A stretch of 64,000 nt of DNA. Origin: Halorussus marinus. GTDB taxonomy: Archaea > Halobacteriota > Halobacteria > Halobacteriales > Haladaptataceae. The notes under the pieces were generated by a model, which saw nothing but the letters and a program-made list of their open reading frames with translations, was not told the DNA's origin and did not search any database. The translations under genes and the position numbers were made by a program. Location: NCBI RefSeq assembly GCF_004765795.1, contig NZ_SBIV01000003.1, positions 62,001 through 126,000 of the forward strand. Reading direction: 5' to 3'. Of the stretch, positions 42,916-54,206 are shown piece after piece (position 1 is the first letter of the stretch; the number at the start of each line of letters is the position of its first letter).

Positions 42916-43050
42916 CCACCTTTTTACTTCGTCGAGCGTCCTCGCTCGCGGTGCTCGCCGCGGACGCCGCTCCTCGCAAAAAGCTGGATCAAAAACGACG
43001 CTCCCCTACTGCGTTCGCTCGCATCTCCGGTCGCTCCGGTCGATCGCTGA
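42916..43050 (+). repeat. REP/MITE-like hairpin element, copy C, between the 77-bp repeats
   Basis: CCACCTTTTT-[GC hairpin]-CAAAAAGCTGGATCAAAAA plus a CGCTCGC/CCGGTCGCTC tail. Confidence 0.78.
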
Positions 43051-43051
43051 C

Positions 43052-43675
43052 CTACTCTTCGGGGACGCGAGCGACGGTGGTGATCGCGACGTCGGGATCG
43101 TACGAGGGCCCCATCTCGCGGTGCTCGATGTCGACGTACCCCGCATCGCGGAACATCCGATCGGCCTCCTCGCGGTCGTAGAACAGCATGATCGCGTCGG
43201 CGACCTTCTGCATCACCGTCGATTCCGGGTAGTTCGGCCCGACCACGAGCACCTGTCCGCCGGGCTTTGCGACTCGGCGGATGTCCCGCAGTGCGAGCAC
43301 CGGGTTGGGCCAGTACTCGATCGAGCCCGACGACCACACCACGTCGAAGCTGTCGTCGCGGAACGGGAGCCGCTCGGCGTCGCCTCGGTAGAAGCTCACC
43401 GGGTCGTGCTTGCCGAACTTGTCCCACGCCTTCTCCATCTGGTGGACGCTCTGGTCGAGCCCGTGGACGTTCTCTGTGTGTTCGAGCAGTCCCTCGGTGC
43501 CGAAGCCGGTGCCACAGCCCACGTCGAGGACCCGGTCGTCGGCCTCGATGTCGAGCATCGCCAGCGCCTCGGCACGCATCTCCTCGTTCCAGATGAACGG
43601 GTTGACGCTGTCGTACACCTTCGAGAGGTACTTGTAGAACAGCCGCGCCCGGCTCTTGTCTTCGAGGATACCCAT
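43052..43675 (-). CDS. Class I SAM-dependent methyltransferase (UbiE/MenG-like)
   Basis: VLDVGCGTG, GDAERLPF..DSFD, RVAKPGG. Confidence 0.88.
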   Translation of the reverse strand: MGILEDKSRARLFYKYLSKVYDSVNPFIWNEEMRAEALAMLDIEADDRVLDVGCGTGFGTEGLLEHTENVHGLDQSVHQMEKAWDKFGKHDPVSFYRGDAERLPFRDDSFDVVWSSGSIEYWPNPVLALRDIRRVAKPGGQVLVVGPNYPESTVMQKVADAIMLFYDREEADRMFRDAGYVDIEHREMGPSYDPDVAITTVARVPEE

Positions 43676-43905
43676 TGGCACTATTTTTGTGCCGCTCGAC
43701 AAATAATCCTGCCATTTCGCGCGGGTGAAACCGACGAGCGCACGCCGGCGCTTCCCGCGGAACGCGCTCGTGATCGCACACCCGACCGACGGGGCGGCCG
43801 GCTCCGAGGACCCCGCGTTCGCTTCGCTCGCGGGGTCGCGCCAAAGGACCGTAGGTCGTTCCGCAAGTAGTTTATAGGCGCTCCCGCAACTTTCGCGTGA
43901 TTAGT

Positions 43906-44238
43906 ATGCCGAGGCCAGAGGTTCTCGAACGAATCAAGGAGGCCGAGACGGAGGCCGACGAAATCGTCGCCGAGGCCGAGGAGGCCCGCGACGAGCGCAT
44001 CTCCGAAGCACGCGAGGAAGCAGAGGAGATCCGCCGCGAAGCCGACGAAGAGGCGTCCGAGCTCCACGAGGAGCGGGTCGCCGAGGCTCGCGAGGAAATC
44101 GAGGCCGAGCGCGAAGACATCCTCGCCGAGGGCGAGGCCGAGCGCGAGGAGCTCGAAACCCACGCCCGAGAGAACGAGGAGGAAGTAACCGACTACGTCG
44201 TCGACCTGTTCGAGGAGGCGGTGCATGCTCAGACCTGA
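43906..44238 (+). CDS. atpH: A-type ATP synthase subunit H
   Basis: E/A/R-rich coiled coil MPRPEVLERIKEAE; first gene of the operon. Confidence 0.9.
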   Translation: MPRPEVLERIKEAETEADEIVAEAEEARDERISEAREEAEEIRREADEEASELHEERVAEAREEIEAEREDILAEGEAEREELETHARENEEEVTDYVVDLFEEAVHAQT

Positions 44239-46426
44239 ACGAATGAGCAAGGTGTCCGTGACGGGCTCGCGCGCCGTCATGGACGACGTCATCGAGACCG
44301 TCCACGAGCTGAATCTGGTGCATCTCTCGGACTACGACGGCTCGTGGGAGGGGTTCGAGCCCGGCGCGCCGATCGAGGGCGCCGACGAGGCGTCGGACAA
44401 GCTCGTCACCGTCCGATCGCTCGAGAGCATGCTCGACCTCGACGAGGCCGACGCCGGACCGAGCCGCATCGTCACCGACGAGGCCCTCGAAGACGAACTC
44501 GAATCGGTCCGCACCGAGGTGAACGAACTCGACGATCGACGGAGCGAGCTCGAAACCCAGCTCCGGGAAGTCGAGGAGCGTATCGACTCGATGGCGCCGT
44601 TCGCGGACCTCGGTATCGATCTCGACCTGCTTTCGGGCTACGATGCCGTTCAGGTCGCGGTCGGCGAGGGCGACGCCGACGAGGTCCGTCTCGCGCTCGA
44701 AGCCGACGAGAACGTGCGTGAGTTCGACGTGTTCGCGGGGTCGGACACGATCGCGGTGTTCGCCTACCCCGAGTCGGACGCGGGCGACGACGCGCTCGAC
44801 GAGGCGCTGGTCGGCGTCGACTTCGCGCTACTCGCGGTCCCGGACGCCGAGGGGAGCCCCGAGGAGTACGTCGAGGAGCTCGAACACGAGCGCCAGAAGC
44901 TCGAAACCGAGCTCGAAAGCGTCGAGAGCGAACTCGAGAACCTCCGCCTCGACACCGCCGGCTTCCTGCTGGCCGCCGAGGAGAAGCTCTCTATCGACGT
45001 CCAGAAGGCCGAGGCGCCGCTCAACTTCGCGACCACCGAGAACGCGTTCGTCGCGGAGGGCTGGATCCCGACCGACCGGTACACCCAACTCGCGAGCGCG
45101 CTCGGCGATCGAGTCGGCGACCGCGTCGAGGTCGACGAGCTCGAACGCGCCGCTTACGACCGCCACGGCAACGCCCACGACACCGAAGAAGTCGAGCGCG
45201 ACGAGCCCGCCCGCGAGGAGATCGCCGACGAGGACGTGGCGGCCGACGGCGGACAGGTCACGATGGGCGACGACCAGCCGCCGGTCGTCCAGGACAACCC
45301 CGGCGCGTTCAAGCCGTTCGAACTGCTCGTCGAGACGATCAACCGCCCCAAGTACTCCGAGTTCGACCCGACGGCGCTGCTGTTCCTGACGTTCCCCGCG
45401 TTCTTCGGGTTCATGATCGGTGACCTCGGCTACGGACTCCTGTACATGGGGATGGGCTATTGGCTGTACCGCAGTTTCGACAGCGCGGCGCTCAAGAGCC
45501 TCGGCGGCATCGCGATATGGGCCGGCGGGTTCACCGCGCTGTTCGGCGTCCTCTACGGCGAGATATTCGGACTCCACCAGCTCGGCGAACTCGTCTGGGG
45601 CGGCCACCCGCCCATGAAGAAGGGACTCCAGCCGATCGAGGGCGAGTTCGCGCTGACGTGGATGGTCGTCTCGATCCTGGTCGGCCTGCTCCACATGACC
45701 GTCGGATACGTTCTCGACTTCGTCGAGAACCTACAACACAGCGTCACCGACGCCGTCCTCGAGAGCGGCTCGTGGGTCCTGCTGTTCGCGGGCATCTGGA
45801 CGTGGATCTTCAGCACGCAGGCCGAGACGATGAAGCCGGGCTTCCTGTTCACCGTCTTCGACGGCGAACCGTTCGCGCTCGGCTTCGGGGGCTTCTCGCC
45901 CGTGATCGGGACCGTCGGACTCGCCATCGGCGCGGTCGGCTTCGTGCTCTACGTCGCCGGCGAGTTCAAGCACTTCGGCGGACCCGGTATCGTCATCGGC
46001 GCGCTCGAAAGCCTGAGCGTCCTCTCGGACGCGCTGTCGTACACCCGGATCGCCGCGGTGTTGCTCGCCAAGGCGGGGATGGCCTTCGTGGTCAACCTCC
46101 TGTTCTTCGGCGTGTACTCCGTGGACCACGGGGAGGGCGCCGAGTGGCACTTCATGATCGACTACGGTCCGCAGTACGTCCTCGACCACTACGAGGCGGC
46201 CTCCATCATGTTCCCCGGCCTGATGCACTCGGGCATCGCCGGCGTGCTCGGCGGGCTGGTCGTGCTCGTCGTCGGCCACCTGCTGGTGCTGGCGCTCGGG
46301 ATCACCAGCGCCGGACTGCAGGCGGTGCGTCTCGAGTACGTCGAGTTCTTCGGGAAGTTCTACGAGGGTGGCGGCGACGAGTACGAGCCGTTCGGGTACG
46401 AACGGACGTACACCACGCAGGACTGA
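44225..46426 (+). CDS. atpI: A-type ATP synthase subunit I
   Basis: MLRPERMS, EGWIP, PKYSEFDPT, FGFMIGDLGYG, LSYTRI, RLEYVEFF. Confidence 0.96.
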   Translation: MLRPERMSKVSVTGSRAVMDDVIETVHELNLVHLSDYDGSWEGFEPGAPIEGADEASDKLVTVRSLESMLDLDEADAGPSRIVTDEALEDELESVRTEVNELDDRRSELETQLREVEERIDSMAPFADLGIDLDLLSGYDAVQVAVGEGDADEVRLALEADENVREFDVFAGSDTIAVFAYPESDAGDDALDEALVGVDFALLAVPDAEGSPEEYVEELEHERQKLETELESVESELENLRLDTAGFLLAAEEKLSIDVQKAEAPLNFATTENAFVAEGWIPTDRYTQLASALGDRVGDRVEVDELERAAYDRHGNAHDTEEVERDEPAREEIADEDVAADGGQVTMGDDQPPVVQDNPGAFKPFELLVETINRPKYSEFDPTALLFLTFPAFFGFMIGDLGYGLLYMGMGYWLYRSFDSAALKSLGGIAIWAGGFTALFGVLYGEIFGLHQLGELVWGGHPPMKKGLQPIEGEFALTWMVVSILVGLLHMTVGYVLDFVENLQHSVTDAVLESGSWVLLFAGIWTWIFSTQAETMKPGFLFTVFDGEPFALGFGGFSPVIGTVGLAIGAVGFVLYVAGEFKHFGGPGIVIGALESLSVLSDALSYTRIAAVLLAKAGMAFVVNLLFFGVYSVDHGEGAEWHFMIDYGPQYVLDHYEAASIMFPGLMHSGIAGVLGGLVVLVVGHLLVLALGITSAGLQAVRLEYVEFFGKFYEGGGDEYEPFGYERTYTTQD

Positions 46427-46616
46427 CTCCCCCGCCGCTCTCCGATCGACTCTGCGTTGGCGGTTCCCCCCGTGTCTTTTCCATTGTCATTTGGTATCAC
46501 AAAACCGGCTCAAGGGCCGAGACGCCCCCGCTCGTCAACTCTTTTGGGAAGCTTTATGATGGCAGTGACGGCAAATACGACTGTCCGGTTACGAGAGCAA
46601 ACGGAGACAAAACCCT

Positions 46617-46892
46617 ATGTACGAATTTGTACTCGCGTTCGTGGAAAGCAGTGTACTGCTCGCTCAAGACGGCGCCGCCAGCGGCGGCCCGGCGTTTACG
46701 GCCGAAGCCGCCGCCGCGCTGTCGGTCGGTCTCGCGGCGCTGGCCGCGGGGTACGCAGAGCGCGGTATCGGTAGTGCGGCCATCGGCGCCATCGCCGAGG
46801 ACGAGAGCCTCTTCGGGACGGGCCTCATCATGACGGTCCTGCCCGAGACGCTCGTGATCCTCGCGCTGGTCGTCGTCTTCATCGTCGGTTAA
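46617..46892 (+). CDS. atpK: A-type ATP synthase subunit K (c, proteolipid)
   Basis: AGYAERGIGSAAIGA and LPETLVILAL with the ion-binding Glu. Confidence 0.95.
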   Translation: MYEFVLAFVESSVLLAQDGAASGGPAFTAEAAAALSVGLAALAAGYAERGIGSAAIGAIAEDESLFGTGLIMTVLPETLVILALVVVFIVG

Positions 46893-46916
46893 ACGCACCC
46901 TTTCCCCTCTTCATCA

Positions 46917-47498
46917 ATGAGTCTGGACACGGTAGTTGAGGATATTCGAAACGAAGCCCGCGAGCGCGCGAAGGAGATTCGTTCGGAGGGCGACGAACGC
47001 GCCGCCGAAATCGTCTCCGAGGCCGAAGCCGACGCCGAGGAGATACTCGCGGAGCAAGAACGCGAAACCGAACAGACGATCGCCCAGGAGCGCGAGCAGA
47101 AACTCTCCAGCGCCAAGCTGGAGGCCAAGCAAAAGCGCCTCGAAGCCCGCCGAGACGTCCTGCAGGACGTCCGCGAGAGCGTCGAAGAGCGACTCGCAAC
47201 TCTCGGCGGCGACGACCGAGAGGCGCTCACCCGCGAACTCCTCGACGCGGCGGCCGAGGAGTTCGACGACGGTGCGACGGTTCGGGTGTACGGCAAGCCC
47301 GACGACGACGAACTGCTCACCGACATCGTCGCCGACTACGACGGCTACGAGTACGCCGGCGAGTACGACTGCCTCGGCGGCGTCGTCGTCGAGAGCCAGG
47401 AGTCTCGACTCCGCGTGAACAACACCTTCGACTCGGTGTTGGAAAGCGTCTGGGAGGACAACCTCCAAGACATCAGCGGCCGTCTCTTCGAGCAATGA
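46917..47498 (+). CDS. atpE: A-type ATP synthase subunit E
   Basis: MSLDTVVEDI, LGGVVVES, VNNTFDS. Confidence 0.94.
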   Translation: MSLDTVVEDIRNEARERAKEIRSEGDERAAEIVSEAEADAEEILAEQERETEQTIAQEREQKLSSAKLEAKQKRLEARRDVLQDVRESVEERLATLGGDDREALTRELLDAAAEEFDDGATVRVYGKPDDDELLTDIVADYDGYEYAGEYDCLGGVVVESQESRLRVNNTFDSVLESVWEDNLQDISGRLFEQ

Positions 47499-48556
47499 GC
47501 GTAGAAAAGACGGGCGGTCCCTCGAACTACGAGTACGTCTCGGCCCGGGTCCGAGCCCGGCGAGCGAAGCTGTTCGCCGAGGAGGACTACCGGAAGCTCA
47601 TCCGGATGGGCCCCGGCGAGATCGCGCGGTACATGGAGGAGACGGAGTACGAAGACGAGATCAACGCGCTTGGCTCTCGGTACGACGGCGTCGATCTGAT
47701 CGAGTACGCGCTCAACCGCAACCTCGCCAAGCACTTCGAGGACCTGCTCGACTGGGCCGAGGGCCGGCTCTACACCCTCATCGCCCGGTACCTCCGGAAG
47801 TTCGACGCCTGGAACGTCAAGACCGCGCTCCGGGGGATCTACTCGGGCGCCGACAGCGAGACCATCGCCGAGGACTTCACTTACGCCGGCGAGTTCGACC
47901 GGCAGTTCCTCGACCGGCTCGCGGAGGCCGGCTCCATCGAGGACGCCGTCGAACTGCTCGACGGCACGCGCTACGGCGAGCCGCTCGCCGCCGCGTTCGA
48001 GGACTACGAGGAGTCGGGCGTGTTGATCCCGCTCGAAAACGCCGCCGACCGCACGTACTACGAGGGTCTGATCGAGGGCGCCACCAAGTCCGGGAACCGC
48101 GCGACCCAGCTGTACGCCGAGTTCCTGCAGGCCGAGATCGACTTCCGGAACGTCCGTAACGCGCTCCGGATCGCCCGGAGCGGGGCCGAGATCGACCCCG
48201 AGGACTACTTCATCGAGGGCGGCGACCTGTTCGACGCGTCGGACGTGGCCCAACTGTCGGGGAACGTCGACGAACTCGTCACGTTCGTCCGTGACAGCAG
48301 CTACGGCGACGACCTCTCGGATGCGCTGAACGAGCTCGAACGAGCCGACAGCCTCATCGGGTTCGAACACGCACTAGACGCTGCACTGCTAGAGTACTCG
48401 AACCACCTTTCGCACGTATTCCCGCTGTCGGTCTGTCCGGTCCTCGCGTACATCCTCGCCAAAGAGCGCGAGGTCGAGAACATCCGCGCCATCGCTCGCG
48501 GCCGCGAGGCGGGCCTGACCGAGACGGAGATCGAAGACGAACTGGTGATACTATGA
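47495..48556 (+). CDS. atpC: A-type ATP synthase subunit C
   Basis: YVSARVRAR, EIDFRN, KEREVENIRAIARG. Confidence 0.94.
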   Translation: MSVEKTGGPSNYEYVSARVRARRAKLFAEEDYRKLIRMGPGEIARYMEETEYEDEINALGSRYDGVDLIEYALNRNLAKHFEDLLDWAEGRLYTLIARYLRKFDAWNVKTALRGIYSGADSETIAEDFTYAGEFDRQFLDRLAEAGSIEDAVELLDGTRYGEPLAAAFEDYEESGVLIPLENAADRTYYEGLIEGATKSGNRATQLYAEFLQAEIDFRNVRNALRIARSGAEIDPEDYFIEGGDLFDASDVAQLSGNVDELVTFVRDSSYGDDLSDALNELERADSLIGFEHALDAALLEYSNHLSHVFPLSVCPVLAYILAKEREVENIRAIARGREAGLTETEIEDELVIL

Positions 48557-48890
48557 GCCAGGAGATCGCGGTCGTCGGCAGCCCGGAGTTCACCACCGGA
48601 TTCCGGCTCGCCGGCGTTCGAAAGTTCGAGAACGTTCCGGACGACCGGAAAGACGAGGAGCTCGACGACGCGGTGAACCGCGTCCTCGACGACGAGGAGA
48701 TCGGTATCGTCGTGATGCACGACGAGGACCTCGATCGCCTGTCGCGGCAGGTCCGCAACGAGGTCGAGACGAGCGTCGAACCGACGATGGTCTCGATCGG
48801 CGGCGGCGCGGGCAGCGGCGGACTCCGCGAGAAGATCAAGCGCGCAATCGGTATCGACCTTATGGACGAAGACGAAAACGGTGACAACGA

Positions 48891-48894
<4 letters not shown>
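48553..48894 (+). CDS. atpF: A-type ATP synthase subunit F
   Basis: [26 protein letters not shown]. Confidence 0.95.
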
Positions 48895-50651
<1,757 letters not shown>

Positions 50652-50654
50652 ACC

Positions 50655-52082
50655 ATGAAAGAATACCAAACTATCACCGAAATCAGCGGCCCGCTGGTGT
50701 TCGCCGAAGTTGACGAGTCCATCGGATACGACGAGATCGTCGAGATCGAGACCGAACAGGGCGAGACGCTCCGCGGGCAGGTGCTCGAATCCAGCGACGG
50801 TCTCGTCGCGATCCAGGTGTTCGAGGGCACCGAGGGCATCGACCGCAACGCCTCGGTCCGGTTCCTCGGCGAGACGATGAAGATGCCGGTCACAGAAGAC
50901 CTGCTCGGGCGCGTCCTCGACGGGACGGGCCAGCCGATCGACGGCGGCCCCGAGATCGTGCCCGACGACCGCCACGACATCGTCGGCGCGGCGATCAACC
51001 CCTACGCCCGCGAGTACCCCCAGGAGTTCATCCAGACCGGCGTCTCCGCCATCGACGGCATGAACACCCTGATCCGGGGCCAGAAGCTCCCGATCTTCTC
51101 GGGCTCGGGACTGCCCCACAACGACCTCGCGCTCCAGATCGCCCGACAGGCGACCGTCCCGGAGGAAGAGGCGGACGGCGACGACGAGGAGGGCTCGGAG
51201 TTCGCGGTCATCTTCGGCGCGATGGGCATCACTCAGGAGGAGGCAAACGAGTTCATGGACGACTTCGAGCGCACGGGCGCGCTCGAACGCTCGGTCGTCT
51301 TCATGAACCTTGCCGACGACCCCGCGGTCGAGCGGACGGTCACCCCGCGGATGGCGCTCACGACCGCCGAGTACCTCGCGTTCGAGAAGGACTACCACGT
51401 ACTGGTGATCCTGACGGACATGACCAACTACTGCGAGGCGCTCCGCGAGATCGGCGCGGCCCGCGAGGAGGTGCCGGGTCGCCGTGGCTACCCCGGCTAC
51501 ATGTACACCGACCTCGCCCAGCTCTACGAGCGGGCCGGCCGCATCGAGGGCCGCGAGGGGTCGGTCACCCAGATCCCGATCCTCACGATGCCCGGCGACG
51601 ACGACACCCACCCGATCCCGGACCTCACCGGCTACATCACCGAGGGCCAGATCTACATCGACCGGGACCTCAATAGTCAGGGCATCGAGCCGCCGATCAA
51701 CGTGCTACCGAGCCTCTCGCGGCTGATGGACGACGGCATCGGCGAGGGGTTCACCCGCGAGGACCACGCCGACGTCTCCGACCAGATGTACGCGGCGTAC
51801 GCGGAAGGCGAGGACCTGCGTGACCTCGTGAACATCGTCGGTCGCGAGGCGCTCTCGGACCGCGACAACAAGTACCTCGACTTCGCCGACGCCTTCGAGA
51901 CGGAGTTCGTCCAGCAGGGCTTCGACACCAACCGGGACATCGACGACACGCTCGACCTCGGCTGGGACCTGCTCGGGATGCTTCCCGAAGAGGAGCTCAA
52001 CCGCATCGACGAGGAGTTCATCGAGCGCTACTACCCCGAGGACGACGAGACCGAGACGGCAGAAGAAGTCGCGGCGGACTGA
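50655..52082 (+). CDS. atpB: A-type ATP synthase subunit B
   Basis: [41 protein letters not shown]. Confidence 0.98.
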   Translation: MKEYQTITEISGPLVFAEVDESIGYDEIVEIETEQGETLRGQVLESSDGLVAIQVFEGTEGIDRNASVRFLGETMKMPVTEDLLGRVLDGTGQPIDGGPEIVPDDRHDIVGAAINPYAREYPQEFIQTGVSAIDGMNTLIRGQKLPIFSGSGLPHNDLALQIARQATVPEEEADGDDEEGSEFAVIFGAMGITQEEANEFMDDFERTGALERSVVFMNLADDPAVERTVTPRMALTTAEYLAFEKDYHVLVILTDMTNYCEALREIGAAREEVPGRRGYPGYMYTDLAQLYERAGRIEGREGSVTQIPILTMPGDDDTHPIPDLTGYITEGQIYIDRDLNSQGIEPPINVLPSLSRLMDDGIGEGFTREDHADVSDQMYAAYAEGEDLRDLVNIVGREALSDRDNKYLDFADAFETEFVQQGFDTNRDIDDTLDLGWDLLGMLPEEELNRIDEEFIERYYPEDDETETAEEVAAD

Positions 52083-52175
52083 CGACCGATCTCTTTTCGA
52101 CCGCTCGCCGAAAGCGGTGGTGCCGGGCCGGCGGGCGTCCCCGATGTTCATACGTCAGGAGTCCTACGCTAGCGT

Positions 52176-54161
52176 ATGACAACGCGTGGCGTGGACGGGG
52201 CAGACGTGGTGTACGTCGCCTCGGCGGCCGACACCGCGGCCGACGTCGCCGACGGGCTGGCGGCCGCGGGCGCGGCAGTGACCGTCGTCGCGTCGGCGGA
52301 CGCCGCGATCCGGGCGGTCCGCGAGCGCGACCCCGACTGCGTCGTCACCGAGTTCCGACTCGGCGAGGGAAACGGCCTCGACCTTCTACGTCGGCTCCGG
52401 CGCGAGCGCGACCTCCCGGTCGTCGTGTTCTCGGACGCCGACGATCCCGCGCTCGCGGCGGCGGTGCTCGACGCCGCCGGCGCGTTCGTTCCGACCCACG
52501 ACGGCGGCGTCGATCGGCTGTGTCGCCGGCTCGCGAACTGTCTCGGCGACGAGGCTCGCGTGGGCATCTCCGAGACGATGAAAGAGCGCGCGATGGACGA
52601 AGCGCCCGTCGGCATCACGGTCGCCGACGCGACACAGCCCGACGAGCCGCTCGTCTACGTCAACGAGGCGTTCGAGCGGCTGACCGGCTACTCAACCGAG
52701 CAGGTGCTGGGGCGAAACTGCCGGTTCCTGCAGGGGCCCGACACCGACCCCGAGGCGGTTCGAGAGCTCCGGGCGGGCATCGATGGGGCCGAGCCCGTCT
52801 CGGTCGAACTCCGGAACTACCGTCGGAACGGCGAGCCGTTCTGGAACCGCGTGGACGTCGCCCCGATCCGGGACGGCTCGGGAACCGTCACTCACTACAT
52901 CGGGTTCCAGACGGACGTGACCCGGCGTCGACGCGCCGCGACCGCCGCGCGCCGGTGGGCCGAGGAGTGTCGCGCCGAGCGACGGACGGTCGAACACGTC
53001 CTCGACCGGGTCGAGGGGCTGGTCGAGGACGTGACCCGGGTGTTAGTCGAGGCGTCGTCGCGTCGAGCGGTCGAACGTCGGGTCTGCGAGCGGGTCGCGG
53101 CGACCCCCGGATACGCGGCCGCGTGGGTGGGGCGGGTCGACCGGACTCGCGACGAGGTTACCACGCGCGCCCGAGCGGGCGATGTCGACCGCTCGCTCGG
53201 CGATCGGTCGGTCGACCTCTCGTCCGCCGCGCCGGCCGCGCGTGCGGTCCGAACCGGGACGGCCGAGTCGGGCGAGGGGTCGGCCGCCTCGCCGGACTCA
53301 GACCCGGCCGACTGCTCGACGATCGCGGTGCCGCTCGCCTACCGCGAGACGACGTACGGAGTGTTGACGGTGTACGGGGCCGACTCGAACGCGTTCGACG
53401 CCCACGACGCGACCCTGCTCGCGTCGGTCGGGCGGGCGACCGGCAACGCGATCAACGCCATCGAGAGCAAGCGAATGGTGGCGGCAGACGAGGTCGTGGC
53501 CGTCGAAGTGACCGTCTCGGATCCGAACGCGCCCCTCACCGAACTCGCCGCGGCCGCCGGTAGCCGGTTCGAGTTCGAGGGCGTGAATCGCCGATCCGAC
53601 GGGACCGTCGTGCTCTTTCTGGGAGCAGACGGCGCGGTGTCGTCGGACGTCGACGACGACTCGTCGGTGCGGGCGATCACCGCGGTCAGCACCGATCCCG
53701 AGTGGTCGCTGACGGAGGTCTCGCTCTCGGCGGACACCGTCGTCGGCCGACTCGGGGATCTGGGCGTTCGGCTGACCGACCTCGACGCCACCGACGAGCG
53801 CGTCGCCTATCGGTTCGAGGCGCCCGGCGAACCCGTGGCCCGATCGGCCGTCGACGCCTTCGAGGACCGTTACGACGGCGTCGAGCTCACGCGGTTTCGG
53901 CGTCGCGAGCGGTCGGACCGCTCGGGGCGGGGGTTCGTCCGCGACGTCCGCGACCGGCTCACGGACCGCCAACTGACCGCGCTCCAGAAGGCGTACTTCG
54001 GCGGGTTCTTCGAGCGGCCCCACCGGGTGACCGGCGACGATCTGGCCGACTCGATGGGCATCTCCCGGTCGACGTTCCACCAGCACCTGCTCGCGGCACA
54101 GCGAAAGGTCCTCGGAGCGTTTCTCGAAGACCGCCCCGACCTCGACCCGATACCACACTAG
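52176..54161 (+). CDS. bat: Bacterio-opsin activator-like regulator (REC-like, LOV, GAF, HTH_10)
   Basis: LOV motif GRNCRFLQG, NYRRNGEPFWN; GAF segment; C-terminal LTDRQ...AYFGGFFERP...STFHQHL; adjacent to the opsin. Confidence 0.85.
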   Translation: MTTRGVDGADVVYVASAADTAADVADGLAAAGAAVTVVASADAAIRAVRERDPDCVVTEFRLGEGNGLDLLRRLRRERDLPVVVFSDADDPALAAAVLDAAGAFVPTHDGGVDRLCRRLANCLGDEARVGISETMKERAMDEAPVGITVADATQPDEPLVYVNEAFERLTGYSTEQVLGRNCRFLQGPDTDPEAVRELRAGIDGAEPVSVELRNYRRNGEPFWNRVDVAPIRDGSGTVTHYIGFQTDVTRRRRAATAARRWAEECRAERRTVEHVLDRVEGLVEDVTRVLVEASSRRAVERRVCERVAATPGYAAAWVGRVDRTRDEVTTRARAGDVDRSLGDRSVDLSSAAPAARAVRTGTAESGEGSAASPDSDPADCSTIAVPLAYRETTYGVLTVYGADSNAFDAHDATLLASVGRATGNAINAIESKRMVAADEVVAVEVTVSDPNAPLTELAAAAGSRFEFEGVNRRSDGTVVLFLGADGAVSSDVDDDSSVRAITAVSTDPEWSLTEVSLSADTVVGRLGDLGVRLTDLDATDERVAYRFEAPGEPVARSAVDAFEDRYDGVELTRFRRRERSDRSGRGFVRDVRDRLTDRQLTALQKAYFGGFFERPHRVTGDDLADSMGISRSTFHQHLLAAQRKVLGAFLEDRPDLDPIPH

Positions 54162-54168
54162 TGTGGTA
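54151..54168. promoter_or_regulatory. Perfect 18-bp palindrome TACCACACTAGTGTGGTA, candidate Bat-binding UAS
   Basis: Self-complementary with ACTAGT core; overlaps the bat stop; ends 38 nt before the opsin ATG. Confidence 0.7.
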
Positions 54169-54206
54169 CGTCGCTTTCTATCCTTCAGCATTATTTACTA
54201 AGTGCT

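Noticed and set aside
42839..43128. Possible CRISPR array or DGR template/variable repeat pair
   Set aside because: Only two copies of 77 bp, no cas or reverse transcriptase gene in the window, and two mismatches are too few to show adenine-specific mutagenesis.
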